The notes: generated from the sequence alone by a model not told the origin. A stretch of 64,000 bases of DNA from Pseudomonadota bacterium (GCA_021783695.1 JAJXTO010000012.1:9857-73856), one strand, 5' to 3'. Positions 10,363 to 20,797 are shown, numbered from the stretch's first letter. Numbers and translations are program-made.

Positions 10363-11220
10363 ATGAAATTCGTCCGCTACGGCCGCAAGGGCCAGGAGCA
10401 ACCCGGTCTGCTCGACACCCAGGGCCGCCTGCGCTGTCTTGGCGGTGTGGTCGGCGAGATCGACGCCAGCGTGTTCGGCCCGGCAGGACAGCGTGCGCTG
10501 CGCGGCATCGACGCCAACGCGCTGCCCCTGGTGACGGGCAAGCCGCGGCTGGGCGTGCCGTTTGTCGGCATCAGCAAGTTCATCGGCATCGGCCTGAACT
10601 ACCGCGACCATGCCAACGAAGCCGGCATGGCCATTCCCGCCTCGCCCATCGTGTTCAACAAATGGACCACCTGCATCAGTGGCCCGAACGACCCGGTCCT
10701 GCGCCCGCAGGGTGCGCACAAGCTCGACTGGGAAGTCGAACTCGGCGTGCTCATCGGCCGCGAGACGCGCTTTGTGCGCGAGGCGGATGCGCTCAAGTCC
10801 ATCGCCGGATATTGCCTCATCAACGACGTGTCCGAGCGCGCCTATCAGCTCGAACAGGGCAGCCAGTGGACCCTGGGCAAGGGCTGCGACACCTTTGGCC
10901 CCATCGGCCCCTGGCTGGTCAGCGCCGACGAAATTGCCGATCCGCAGAACATCGACCTCTGGCTGGACGTCAACGGCGAGCGCATGCAGCAGGGCAACAC
11001 CCGCGACATGATTTTTGACGTGTCCTATCTGGTGGCGTTTCTCAGCCGCTTCATGACCCTCCTGCCCGGCGATGTCATCGCCACCGGCACCCCGCCCGGC
11101 GTGGGAATGGGCCGCACGCCGCCACGCTATCTGCAGCCGGGCGACGTGGTCACCCTCGGCAGCCCGCAGCTCGGCGTGCAACGGCAGGAGATCCGCAACG
11201 CCCCGCAGCGCCCGCGCTGA
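10363..11220 (+). CDS. Fumarylacetoacetate hydrolase family protein
   Basis: IGLNY.DH, DWEVELGV, NDVSER, GK..DTFGPIGP, TGTP.GVG. Confidence 0.92.
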   Translation: MKFVRYGRKGQEQPGLLDTQGRLRCLGGVVGEIDASVFGPAGQRALRGIDANALPLVTGKPRLGVPFVGISKFIGIGLNYRDHANEAGMAIPASPIVFNKWTTCISGPNDPVLRPQGAHKLDWEVELGVLIGRETRFVREADALKSIAGYCLINDVSERAYQLEQGSQWTLGKGCDTFGPIGPWLVSADEIADPQNIDLWLDVNGERMQQGNTRDMIFDVSYLVAFLSRFMTLLPGDVIATGTPPGVGMGRTPPRYLQPGDVVTLGSPQLGVQRQEIRNAPQRPR

Positions 11221-11252
11221 CAGCGTGGCCCGCGCGGCCGCGCGAGGGACTT

Positions 11253-11266
11253 GTTCCGCGTTGCCT
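11253..11266 (-). repeat. 14-mer AGGCAACGCGGAAC, copy 1
   Basis: Plus strand GTTCCGCGTTGCCT; begins at the last base of the regA stop codon; identical to the copies at 29364 and 40814. Confidence 0.75.
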
Positions 11267-11829
11267 CAGTCTTTGGTGCTGGCCACCGGCGCTTCGCGCA
11301 CCGGGTGCTTGAGCAGCTTGCGCTGCAGGGTGCGGCGGTGCATTTGCAACGCGCGGGCGGTGGCGGAAATGTTGCCGTCATGCTCGGCCAGCACTTTCTG
11401 GATGTGCTCCCACTCCAGTCTGTCCACCGGCAGCGGATTGGCCGACACGGGGCGATCTGCCTCGGGCGCGTCCTGCTCCAGCGCCGCGAGGATGTCGCTC
11501 ACCGTGGCCGGCTTGGGCAGGTAATTGGTTGCGCCGAGCTTGATGGCATCGACCGCAGTGGCGATGCTCGCATACCCCGTCAGCAGCAGGATGCGCATGT
11601 CGGGATAGGCGGCGCGCAGCGGGGCGATGAGGGTCAGACCGCTGTCTCCGGGCAGGCGCAGATCGAGCACCGCGGCGTCGAATTCGGTGGTGCCGATCAG
11701 CGCGCGCGCAGCGATGGCCGATTCCGCATGCCACACCGTGATGCCGCGGCGCTCCATGGAATTGCGCGTGGCAGCGGCCAGCGCGGCGTCGTCTTCGACC
11801 AGCAGGAGATTCATGGGGGTGTCGTTCAT
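11266..11829 (-). CDS. regA: RegA/PrrA-type response regulator
   Basis: Receiver domain plus LEWEHIQKVL..HDGNISATARAL.MHRRTLQRKL Fis-type HTH. Confidence 0.9.
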   Translation of the reverse strand: MNDTPMNLLLVEDDAALAAATRNSMERRGITVWHAESAIAARALIGTTEFDAAVLDLRLPGDSGLTLIAPLRAAYPDMRILLLTGYASIATAVDAIKLGATNYLPKPATVSDILAALEQDAPEADRPVSANPLPVDRLEWEHIQKVLAEHDGNISATARALQMHRRTLQRKLLKHPVREAPVASTKD

Positions 11830-13133
11830 GGTGTGCTTTCCAGACGCGGCCATTGCAGCGTGGCACTGAGCCCGCCGCCGTCCCGGCGCGTCACGATGAG
11901 GGTGCCGCCGAGGCGCTCGATCCCGGCGCGGGCCAGCGCCAGCCCGAGGCCACGCGTCTCGCCCTTGGTACTGACAAAGTCAAAACCCGCGCGGGCCAGA
12001 CGGTCGTCGGGCAGACCGGGGCCGCGGTCGAGCACGCGCACGCGCAGTTGCGCGGCGTCCCAGTCGGCCTCGACGTCGATCTGCCCGGGGCTGGCATCCG
12101 CGGCGTTGTTGAGCAGGCTCACCAGCGCGGCGTTCAGACCCGCGTCCACGCGCAGCAGCGGCATCTCGCCGCTGCCGCGCAAATGCAGCGGCGCCTGCGA
12201 CTGCGGGCGCATGAGATGCCAGTGTTCGAGGATTTGCTCCAGCCAGCGCGCCAGGGTTTCGGTCTGGCCGCTGCGTTCGCGCGCGGCCCCCGCCGCGGCC
12301 GTGATGTGGCCGAGCACGCCGCGGATCTGCGTCACCTGCGCCTGCATGCGCTGCAGCGCGGGGGAGAGTTCGTCGTCCCGGGCGTAGTCGGCCTGAAGAT
12401 CGTCCACCGTCATCGCCAGCGTGGCCACCGGGGTGGCGAGTTCGTGCGCGGCGGCGGCCGCCTGCATGCCCAGGGCGAACAGATGCTGGTCGCGCAAGGC
12501 GGATTCGCGGCTCCGGGCGAGTTCCACCTCGCGCTCGCGCAGCGCTGCGGCCAGCCGCGCCACCACTGCGGCCACGAGCAGCGCGGTGATGAGAAAGTTG
12601 CCCCACATGCCCATCAGATGCTCGTCCAGCGCGCCGGCACTCGCGCCGCAGGAGGCGGCCTGCGGCGCGGGAAAGAACGACAGCAGCGAATACAGCGCGA
12701 TGACCACCGCCGTCATCGCCCAGCCGTATCCCCAGGGAAAGGCCACGGCGCACAGAATGAGCGGAATGAGCAGCAGCGAGATGATGGGGTTGACCTCGCC
12801 GCCGCTCCAGTACACCAGCAGCGCCAGGATGAAGGCATCGGCCAGCAGATGCGCAAAGCCGCCATGGACGCCCAGCCCGCGCGCGCTGCGGCTCTGCCAC
12901 CACAGCAGCAGCGCCAGCCCCGCCTGCAGCGCAATCAGCCCGAGCACGCGGTAAATCGGCCAGGTGATGTCGAGCGCGTGATGCGCCCAGGGCATGATGG
13001 CCAGTTCGGCCAGCAGCAACACCACCCGCGCCGCCAGCAGACGGTGCAGAGTGACGACAGGCAATGGAGCGGACGCGCCGCGCCCGGTCAGGGGCTTGCG
13101 CGCAAGGCGTGAGGACAAGGGCATGGCGGCCAT
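11826..13133 (-). CDS. regB: RegB/PrrB-type sensor histidine kinase
   Basis: Multiple TM helices with GGEVNP quinone-site motif, AAAAAHELATP H-box, N, D and G boxes. Confidence 0.88.
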   Translation of the reverse strand: MAAMPLSSRLARKPLTGRGASAPLPVVTLHRLLAARVVLLLAELAIMPWAHHALDITWPIYRVLGLIALQAGLALLLWWQSRSARGLGVHGGFAHLLADAFILALLVYWSGGEVNPIISLLLIPLILCAVAFPWGYGWAMTAVVIALYSLLSFFPAPQAASCGASAGALDEHLMGMWGNFLITALLVAAVVARLAAALREREVELARSRESALRDQHLFALGMQAAAAAHELATPVATLAMTVDDLQADYARDDELSPALQRMQAQVTQIRGVLGHITAAAGAARERSGQTETLARWLEQILEHWHLMRPQSQAPLHLRGSGEMPLLRVDAGLNAALVSLLNNAADASPGQIDVEADWDAAQLRVRVLDRGPGLPDDRLARAGFDFVSTKGETRGLGLALARAGIERLGGTLIVTRRDGGGLSATLQWPRLESTP

Positions 13134-13226
13134 TCTAGGAAGCCGCCCGCCCCCGCCGACACCGCATTCCCCCGCACTGCGGCAATCGGTCGCGGGGCCG
13201 AGATCGCGGCCAAGGCAATGCCTTCC

Positions 13227-14207
13227 TTACGGCAGCAGCACGGTCGAGCCGATGGTCTTGCGGGCTTCGAGGTCGCGGTGCGCCTGCGCGGCGTCGGCCA
13301 GCGCATAGCGTTGGTTGATGTGGATCTGCACCTGCCCGCTGCGCACCAGGGCGAACAGCGCGTCGGCCATGCGCTGCTTCACCGCCGGGTCGGCCATGTG
13401 CGTGCCCAGCGTGGGGCGGGTGACGTAGAGCGAACCGGCGGCGGCCAGGTCGGTGAGCTTGATCGGCGGCACCGCGCCCGAGGCATTGCCGAAGCTCACC
13501 ATCAGACCGAAGGGCCGCAGGCAGGCGAGCGAGCGTTCCCAGGTGTCGCGGCCGATGGAGTCGTAGACCACGGGCACGCCGCGCCCGGCGGTGAGGTCTT
13601 TCACCCGGGCGACGAAATCGTCCTGAACGTAATCGATGGCGTGGGCATAGCCGTTGTCCAGCGCCAGCGCGCATTTCTGCGCCGAACCTGCGGTGCCGAT
13701 CAGCGTCACGCCCATCGCCCGCGCCATCTGCCCGGCAATCAGCCCGACGCCTCCCGCTGCAGCGTGGAACAGCGCCACGTCCCCGGCCTGCAGTGCCCGC
13801 GTGCGATGCAGCAGGTAGTACGCCGTCAAACCCTTGAGCAGGCTGGCGGCGGCCACGTCGAAGGCGATGTCGTCTGGCAGCTTGATGAGCGGAGCCACCG
13901 GCACCACACGCCGCTGCGCATACGCGCCCGGCACGCCGGTGCAGTAGCCCACGCGGTCGCCCGCGGCAAAGCCCTGCACGCCGGGGCCGACGGCCTCGAT
14001 CACCCCGGCCGCCTCCCCGCCCAGGCTGCCGGGCAGCGGCTGCGGGTACAGGCCGGTGCGGTGATACACGTCGATGAAATTCAGCCCCACGGCTTCATGC
14101 CGCAGCAGCACCTGGCCGGGGCCGGGTTCGGGCAGTTCCAGCGTGCGCCACTGCAGCACGTCGGGGCCGCCGTGTTGGTCGAATCGGATGGTTTGGGTTG
14201 TGGTCAT
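13227..14207 (-). CDS. qor: NADPH:quinone oxidoreductase (zeta-crystallin family)
   Basis: MTTTQTIRF..GGPDVL, GLNFIDVY.RTGLY, HAAAGGVG, VYDSIG; start overlaps the MFS stop. Confidence 0.92.
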   Translation of the reverse strand: MTTTQTIRFDQHGGPDVLQWRTLELPEPGPGQVLLRHEAVGLNFIDVYHRTGLYPQPLPGSLGGEAAGVIEAVGPGVQGFAAGDRVGYCTGVPGAYAQRRVVPVAPLIKLPDDIAFDVAAASLLKGLTAYYLLHRTRALQAGDVALFHAAAGGVGLIAGQMARAMGVTLIGTAGSAQKCALALDNGYAHAIDYVQDDFVARVKDLTAGRGVPVVYDSIGRDTWERSLACLRPFGLMVSFGNASGAVPPIKLTDLAAAGSLYVTRPTLGTHMADPAVKQRMADALFALVRSGQVQIHINQRYALADAAQAHRDLEARKTIGSTVLLP

Positions 14208-15433
14208 GTCGCGTCCTCTTTCTGGGGTTGTTCGTGCAGCCACAGCGCGAGCGCGGGCAGGCAGAGCAGTGCCAGCGCTGCGGCCAGGGTGAACAGGGGG
14301 CCGGAGCCGATGGTCTGCCACAGCCAGCCGGCGCCGATGGCGGCCACGAGCTGCATCAGGCCGATGGTCAGGTGAAACAGGCCGAAGGCGGTGCCGCGCA
14401 AATCCTGCGGCGCGGCATCGGCCACAGCGGCGGAGAGTAATCCCTGCGTGAGCCCCATGTGCAGACCCCACAGAGCAACCCCGAGCCAGAACCCGGTCAT
14501 GCCCAGCGGCAGCACACCGCCGAGCAAAAGCATGGCAAGCGCCAGCACCGCCAGCCCCAGGCCGAACAGGCGCTTGCGCCCCCAGCGCGCGGCCAGCAGC
14601 CCCACCGGATAGGCCGACACGGCGTAGGCCAGCGACAGCACCAGCGTGACCAGGGCGATCCACACCACGGAGACGCCGATCTGATCGCCGCGCAGCACCA
14701 GAAAGGCCTCGGTCAGCCGTGCCACCGTGAACAGCGCAGCCAGCACGACCATGTGCCAGAAAGCCGCCGGAAGCTGGCGCACCGCCCGCCAGTCCACAGC
14801 CTTGCGGCGCGCGCCTGCGGCGCCGCGCACCAGGCTGTCGCGCCGCGGCTCGCGCACGCCGAAGGCCAGGATGGCCACCGCGATCACCGCCGGAATCACG
14901 CCAAACCACAGCACCAGCCGCAGGTTATCGGCATACAGCGCCAGCAGGCCGATGGCCGCCAGCGGGCCGAGCACCGCGCCCACGGTGTCCAGACTTTGCC
15001 GCAGGCCATAGGCGGCGTTGCGCAGCGCGGGCGGCGTGGCGTCGGCCACCAGGGCGTCGCGCGGCGCGCCGCGGATGCCCTTGCCGATACGGTCGATGAA
15101 GCGCGCGGCGATCACCTCGCCGGCACCCGAGGCCAGCGGGAACAGCGGCTTGGTCAGCGCCGACAGGCCGTAGCCGGTCACCGCCAGCCACTTGCGCGAG
15201 CCGAGGCGGTCCGACCACACGCCCGACACCACCTTGAGCATCGACGCCGTGGCCTCGGCAATGCCTTCCACCACGCCCACGCTGAGCACGCTCAAGCCCA
15301 GCACCGTGGTCATGTAGACCGGCAGCAGCGCATGGATGAGTTCGGATGACATGTCCATGAACAGGCTGACAAAGCCCAGCATCCACACGGTGCGGGGAAG
15401 GCGGCGCGCGGCCTGATCGGGTGGCTTGGGCAT
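14204..15433 (-). CDS. MFS transporter
   Basis: About 12 hydrophobic segments, G.WSDRLG.RK motif A, DRIGKGIRGAPRDAL. Confidence 0.9.
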   Translation of the reverse strand: MPKPPDQAARRLPRTVWMLGFVSLFMDMSSELIHALLPVYMTTVLGLSVLSVGVVEGIAEATASMLKVVSGVWSDRLGSRKWLAVTGYGLSALTKPLFPLASGAGEVIAARFIDRIGKGIRGAPRDALVADATPPALRNAAYGLRQSLDTVGAVLGPLAAIGLLALYADNLRLVLWFGVIPAVIAVAILAFGVREPRRDSLVRGAAGARRKAVDWRAVRQLPAAFWHMVVLAALFTVARLTEAFLVLRGDQIGVSVVWIALVTLVLSLAYAVSAYPVGLLAARWGRKRLFGLGLAVLALAMLLLGGVLPLGMTGFWLGVALWGLHMGLTQGLLSAAVADAAPQDLRGTAFGLFHLTIGLMQLVAAIGAGWLWQTIGSGPLFTLAAALALLCLPALALWLHEQPQKEDAT

Positions 15434-15529
15434 GGCGGAAGGGGTTGCTGATCGTTCTTCGAGCGTGTTAAGCGCAGTCTAAGTGCCCGCCGCTAAAGTG
15501 CTGTCTGTATCCCTTTGCAATCCAGCCCC

Positions 15530-16294
15530 ATGCGCCTGCTCCTGGTTGAAGACGACATGATGATCGGTGAAAGCGTGCTCGACGCCCTGCGCGGGGAGGG
15601 CTACGCGGTGGACTGGGTGCGCGACGGCGTCTTGGCCGACAGCGCGCTGCGCACCGAGCAATACGACCTCGTGCTGCTCGATCTGGGCCTGCCGAAGATG
15701 GATGGCCTGGCCGTGCTCAAGGCGCTGCGAGCGCGGCGCGAAACCACGCCCGTGCTCATCGCCACCGCGCGCGACGCCGTGTCCGCCCGCATCCAGGGGC
15801 TGGACGCCGGGGCCGACGACTATGTGCTCAAGCCCTACGACCTCGACGAGCTCTCCGCCCGCATCCGCGCCCTGCTGCGCCGCGCCGCGGGCCGCGCCGA
15901 ACCGGTGTTCAGCTACGGGCGCATCAGCCTCAACCCGGCCACGCACGAAGCCCTGCTCGATGGCGATCCGGTGGCGCTGTCGCAGCGCGAATGGGCCGTG
16001 CTCGAAGCGCTCATCGCCCGCCCCGGCATGATTCTGTCGCGCGCACAGCTCGAAGAAAAACTCTACAGCTGGAAGGACGAGATTTCGAGCAACGCGGTGG
16101 AGGTCTATGTCCACAGCCTACGCAAAAAACTCGGGGCCGACCTGATCCGCAACATCCGCGGCATGGGCTACATGATCGCCAAGGAGCCCGCGGCCACCGC
16201 CCTGCCCACCCCGCGCCGGGACAGTGGCGGCGACGTCCATGCGCCGGATGATGCCGACGGTGGTGGCATCGGCGGCGATGGAGGCGGCGAGTGA
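15530..16294 (+). CDS. OmpR-family response regulator (QseB/PmrA-like)
   Basis: MRLLLVEDD, LLDLGLP, KPYD, winged helix VEVYVHSLRKKLG...IRNIRGMGY. Confidence 0.92.
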   Translation: MRLLLVEDDMMIGESVLDALRGEGYAVDWVRDGVLADSALRTEQYDLVLLDLGLPKMDGLAVLKALRARRETTPVLIATARDAVSARIQGLDAGADDYVLKPYDLDELSARIRALLRRAAGRAEPVFSYGRISLNPATHEALLDGDPVALSQREWAVLEALIARPGMILSRAQLEEKLYSWKDEISSNAVEVYVHSLRKKLGADLIRNIRGMGYMIAKEPAATALPTPRRDSGGDVHAPDDADGGGIGGDGGGE

Positions 16295-17670
16295 AATCGC
16301 TGCGCGCCCGGCTGCTGCTGCTGCTGTCGGCCGCGGTGACCATCGCCGCGCTGGTGCAGGCGCTGGCGGTGTTCCGCAACGCCATGAACGAAGCCGATGC
16401 GGTGTTCGACTATCACCTGCAGCAGCTCGCGCTGTCGCTGGCCAGCGGCGATATGGGCCTGCCCGGGTTCGGCCCGAATGTCAGCCCGGGCAATGATGTC
16501 GATTACGTCGTGCAGGTCTGGGCGCCCGACGGCAAGCGCATCTATGTTTCCCGGCCCCGCAGCGACCTGCCCAGCCAGGCCGTGCTCGGCTACACCAATG
16601 TGCAGGTCGGCGGTGAGCAGTGGCGCGTGTATTCCATGCAGGCCGGGGGCCGTACCATCCAGGTTGGGCAGAGCACCGCCACGCGGCAGGCGCTGGCGCT
16701 GGGCTTTGCGCTGCGCTCCATCTGGCCCATGGCGGTCATCGCCCCGCTGCTGCTGCTGGCCGTGGCCTGGGTGGTGCGGCGATCGCTGCAGCCCCTGTCC
16801 GATCTGTCGCGCGAACTCGAAAGCCGCGCCGCCACCAGCTTTGACCCGCTCGACCCGCATCCCGTGGTCAGCGAGATGCAGCCCGTGGTGCGGGCGATGA
16901 ACGGCCTGTTCGCCCGCACCCGGCAAGCGTTCGACACCCAGCGCATGTTCGTTGCCGACGCTGCGCACGAACTGCGCTCGCCGCTGACCGCGCTCAAGGT
17001 GCAGGTGCAGATGCTGGGCCGCGCGCACGACGACGGCCAGCGCGGCGTAGCGCTGGCGCGGCTGGAAAGCGGCATCGACCGCGCCAGCCACCTGGTCGAG
17101 CAACTGCTGCTGCTCGCGCGCAACGAGTCTGGCGCCGAGGAGGCGCTCAGCGCCGTGAGCCTGCTCGACACCGCGCGCATGGCCCTGTCCGACACCGCCG
17201 AACTCGCCCAGACCCGCGGCGTGGACGCCGGTCTGGAAGACGCCGAAGACTGCACCGTGCTGGCCCCGCCCAGCGGCCTGCGCATCCTGGTGCGCAATCT
17301 GGTGGACAACGCCCTGCGCTATACCCCGGAAGGCGGCCGGGTGGACGTGCGCGTGCGCTGCGACATGCAACCCGCGCCGCTGGCCGCAGACGGCAAGCCG
17401 CAACGCGTGGCCATTCTCGAGGTGGACGACTCCGGCCCCGGCATTCCGCCGGAAGACCGCGAGCGCGTGTTCGACCGTTTCTACCGCCGCGAAAACGCCC
17501 CTGCCGGTGGCAGCGGCCTGGGCCTGGCCATCGTGCGCAGCGTGGCCGAGCGCTGCGGCGCGACCATCACGCTCGGCAGCGCGCAGCTGGGCGGGCTGCG
17601 GGTTCGGGTGGCGTTTGCGGCGCGGCAGCGCGCCCCTTCCAGCGCGCCGACAGGTTTCAGTCCGGGTTAA
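16291..17670 (+). CDS. Sensor histidine kinase (QseC-like)
   Basis: Two TM helices, HAMP, DAAHELRSPL, NLVDNALRY, DDSGPGI, GSGLGL. Confidence 0.92.
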   Translation: MKSLRARLLLLLSAAVTIAALVQALAVFRNAMNEADAVFDYHLQQLALSLASGDMGLPGFGPNVSPGNDVDYVVQVWAPDGKRIYVSRPRSDLPSQAVLGYTNVQVGGEQWRVYSMQAGGRTIQVGQSTATRQALALGFALRSIWPMAVIAPLLLLAVAWVVRRSLQPLSDLSRELESRAATSFDPLDPHPVVSEMQPVVRAMNGLFARTRQAFDTQRMFVADAAHELRSPLTALKVQVQMLGRAHDDGQRGVALARLESGIDRASHLVEQLLLLARNESGAEEALSAVSLLDTARMALSDTAELAQTRGVDAGLEDAEDCTVLAPPSGLRILVRNLVDNALRYTPEGGRVDVRVRCDMQPAPLAADGKPQRVAILEVDDSGPGIPPEDRERVFDRFYRRENAPAGGSGLGLAIVRSVAERCGATITLGSAQLGGLRVRVAFAARQRAPSSAPTGFSPG

Positions 17671-17793
17671 GACCCCTCCGCCATGCTTTAGAGAAGGTTT
17701 TCACGCAACCGATGGCTGCGCAGCACACTTGCCGCAGCGCAGCAACTCCGCTTCAATCGGTTTGCTTCCCCCACCCCCAATCAGGAGATCCAT

Positions 17794-18585
17794 ATGACCA
17801 TGCAACTCAGCCTCAAGGACAAGACCGCCATCATCACCGGCGCCGCCAGCGGCATCGGCAAGGAAATCGCCGAAACCTTTGCCCGGGCCGGGGCGAACGT
17901 CGCCATTGCCGACCTGAACCTCGACGCGGCCAACGCCACGGCCGAGAGCATCAACAAGGCCGGTGGCAAGGCCATGGGCGTGGCCATGAACGTGACCGAC
18001 GAAGCGCAGGTGAACGCGGGCTGCGCGGCGGTGGCCAAGGCCTTTGGGCCAGTGGACATTCTGGTGTCCAACGCCGGCATCCAGATCGTCAACCCGATCG
18101 AAGACTTTGCTTTTGCCGACTGGAAAAAGCTGCTGGCCATCCACCTCGACGGCGCCTTTCTCACCACCAAGGCGGTGCTGCCGGGCATGTACGCCAAGAA
18201 GAATGGCGTGGTCATCTATATGGGCTCGGTGCATTCGCACGAGGCGAGCAAGCTCAAGAGCGCCTACGTCACGGCCAAGCATGGGCTGCTCGGTCTGGCG
18301 CGGGTGCTGGCCAAGGAAGGCGGCCCCAAAGGCGTGCGCTCGCACGTCATCTGCCCTGGTTTCGTGCGCACCCCGCTGGTGGAAAAGCAGATCCCCGAGC
18401 AGGCCAAGGAGCTGGGCATCAGCGAGGCGGACGTGATCAAGAACGTCATGCTGAAAGACACGGTGGACGGCGAATTCACCACCACCGCCGACATCGCCAA
18501 CCTCGCGCTGTTTCTCGCGGCCTTCCCCACGGCGGCCCTGACCGGCCAGTCCATCGTTGCCAGCCACGGCTGGTGCATGAACTGA
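17794..18585 (+). CDS. bdhA: 3-hydroxybutyrate dehydrogenase
   Basis: SDR with [43 protein letters not shown]; AGGAG RBS. Confidence 0.9.
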   Translation: MTMQLSLKDKTAIITGAASGIGKEIAETFARAGANVAIADLNLDAANATAESINKAGGKAMGVAMNVTDEAQVNAGCAAVAKAFGPVDILVSNAGIQIVNPIEDFAFADWKKLLAIHLDGAFLTTKAVLPGMYAKKNGVVIYMGSVHSHEASKLKSAYVTAKHGLLGLARVLAKEGGPKGVRSHVICPGFVRTPLVEKQIPEQAKELGISEADVIKNVMLKDTVDGEFTTTADIANLALFLAAFPTAALTGQSIVASHGWCMN

Positions 18586-18595
18586 AGGCACGGCC

Positions 18596-19798
18596 ATGAC
18601 CGCGACCGCAACCCGCAGCAAACCGCGCGCGCCGACCGACACGGCGTCGTGCCGCGCCGATGCGGTGCTGGCGCAGGTGCGCCACTACGACCGCATCGCC
18701 CTGGTGCTGCAAGGCGGCGGGGCGCTGGGCGCCTACCAGTGCGGCGTGGTCGAGGCGCTGGAAGACTGCGGCGTGCATCCGCATTGGGTAGCCGGCATTT
18801 CCATCGGCTCGATCAATGCGGCGCTCATCGCCGGCAACGCCCCAGGGCAGCGCGCCGCCGCGCTGCGCGCCTTCTGGGAAACCGTCACACAGCAGCCGCT
18901 ACTGCCCACCCTGCCGTGGGAGCATGGCGCGGCGCTGGGCTGGATTCCCGAAACCCTGCAGCCGCAGCTGGCCGCTCTGCAGGGCCTGCGCGCCATGTTC
19001 GAAGGCCAGCGCGGATTCTTTCTGCCGCGCTGGCCGCTGGGCGGCAACGGCCCGGCGCAGGCCAGCTTCTACGACACCACACCGCTGCGCGACACTCTGG
19101 ACAGGCTGGTCGATTTCGACCGGCTCAACAGTGGCGAGACGCGCATCAGCGTGGGCGCGGTGAATGTGCGCACCGGCAATCAGGTGGTGTTCGACAGCGC
19201 CGAGATGCGCCTCGGCCCCGAGCACATCATGGCCTCGGGCGCATTGCCGCCGGGCTTTCCTGCGGTGGAGATCGACGGCGAGTTCTACTGGGACGGCGGC
19301 CTGGTGTCCAACACCCCGCTGTCGCAGGTGCTCGGCGGCCATCCCAGCCACCACACTCTGGTGTTCCAGGTCGATTTGTGGAGTGCCGCGGGCGAGCTTC
19401 CCAAGACCCTGCTCGACGTGGCCGAGCGGCAGAAGGACATCCAGTATTCCAGCCGCACCCGCATCATCACCAACACTCTGCAGCGGGCGCAGGAGCAGCG
19501 CCGCATCCTGCGCGATCTGCTGGCGCGCATTCCGTCCGGGGTGCGCGGGCGCGACACGCTGTGCCGACAGGTCGAAACCATGGCGCAGGACAAGCGCTAC
19601 AACGTCATCCACCTGATCTACCGCGACAAGCCCTTCGACGGCCAGGGCAAGGACTACACCTTCGGCCGTGCCGAAATGCGCGCCCACTGGCGCAGCGGCC
19701 TTGACGACATGCACCGCACCCTCGACCACCCGGACTGGTTCGCACTGCCGACAGCGGCGCAGGGCTTCGTCACCCACGACGTGCATGCGCAGGCCTGA
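18596..19798 (+). CDS. Patatin-like esterase (DUF3734-type C-terminus)
   Basis: GGGALG, GISIG nucleophile, DGG, KDIQYSSRTR. Confidence 0.9.
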   Translation: MTATATRSKPRAPTDTASCRADAVLAQVRHYDRIALVLQGGGALGAYQCGVVEALEDCGVHPHWVAGISIGSINAALIAGNAPGQRAAALRAFWETVTQQPLLPTLPWEHGAALGWIPETLQPQLAALQGLRAMFEGQRGFFLPRWPLGGNGPAQASFYDTTPLRDTLDRLVDFDRLNSGETRISVGAVNVRTGNQVVFDSAEMRLGPEHIMASGALPPGFPAVEIDGEFYWDGGLVSNTPLSQVLGGHPSHHTLVFQVDLWSAAGELPKTLLDVAERQKDIQYSSRTRIITNTLQRAQEQRRILRDLLARIPSGVRGRDTLCRQVETMAQDKRYNVIHLIYRDKPFDGQGKDYTFGRAEMRAHWRSGLDDMHRTLDHPDWFALPTAAQGFVTHDVHAQA

Positions 19799-19849
19799 GA
19801 CCCGAGACTGCACAAGACAAGATCCGCGCCAGCGGTTTTCTGCGAGCGT

Positions 19850-20797
19850 TCAAGACGCCAGCATGGTCACGCCGTGCAGATTGCAGTCCATGATGGCCTG
19901 ACGCAGCGCAACGATCGCCTCATGCCGCGTAAAGCTCTTGCGCCACACCAGCACCACGCGGCGCGTTGGCGGCGGATCGGTGAAGGGCACGTAGCAGACG
20001 TGGTCGGTGCTGGGGTCAGCGGCGTGCGGCACGTTCTGCTGCGGCACGGACAGCTTGGGCACCACGGTGATGCCCATGCCCGAGGCCACCATCTGCTTGA
20101 TGGTCTCCAGCGACGAACCCTCGAAACTCTTGCGGATGCCTTCCGAACTGGGCGAAAACCGCGCGAACTCCGGACAGACATCGAGCACATGGTCTCGAAA
20201 ACAATGGCCGGTTCCCAGCAGCAGCATGGTCTCGTCGCGGATGGCTTCGGAGCTCAGCGCCTTGCATCCGGCGAGACGGTGGCCGCGCGGCACGGCGATG
20301 AGGAAGGGTTCGTCATACAGCGGCGAAACCGCCAGGCCCTGGTCGGGGAACGGCTCGGCCAGAATGGCCGCATCCAGCTCGCCGGTGCGCAGCATTTCCA
20401 GCAGCCGGACGGTGAAATTTTCCTGCAGCAACAGCGGCATCTGCGGCGTGCGCTTGATGACATTGCGCACCAGTTCCGGCAATAAATACGGCGCCACGGT
20501 GTAAATCACACCCAGCCGCAGCGGCCCGGCCAGCGGGTCTTTGCCGCGCTTGGCAATCTCTTTGATGGAAGCCGCCTGCTCGATCACCCGCTGCGCCTGT
20601 TCGACGATTTCCGCGCCGATGGGAGTGATGCTCACCTCGTTGCCGCCGCGCTCGAACAGCCGCAGGTCGAGTTCTTCTTCGAGCTTCTTGATGGCAACGG
20701 ACAGCGTGGGCTGGCTGACGAAGCAGGCCTCGGCGGCACGGCCGAAATGCCGTTCACGCGCGACGGCCACGATATAGCGCAATTCTGTCAGAGTCAT
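19850..20797 (-). CDS. oxyR: Hydrogen peroxide sensor OxyR (LysR family)
   Basis: LysR HTH and GHCFRDHVLDVC redox Cys pair; adjacent to recG. Confidence 0.92.
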   Translation of the reverse strand: MTLTELRYIVAVARERHFGRAAEACFVSQPTLSVAIKKLEEELDLRLFERGGNEVSITPIGAEIVEQAQRVIEQAASIKEIAKRGKDPLAGPLRLGVIYTVAPYLLPELVRNVIKRTPQMPLLLQENFTVRLLEMLRTGELDAAILAEPFPDQGLAVSPLYDEPFLIAVPRGHRLAGCKALSSEAIRDETMLLLGTGHCFRDHVLDVCPEFARFSPSSEGIRKSFEGSSLETIKQMVASGMGITVVPKLSVPQQNVPHAADPSTDHVCYVPFTDPPPTRRVVLVWRKSFTRHEAIVALRQAIMDCNLHGVTMLAS

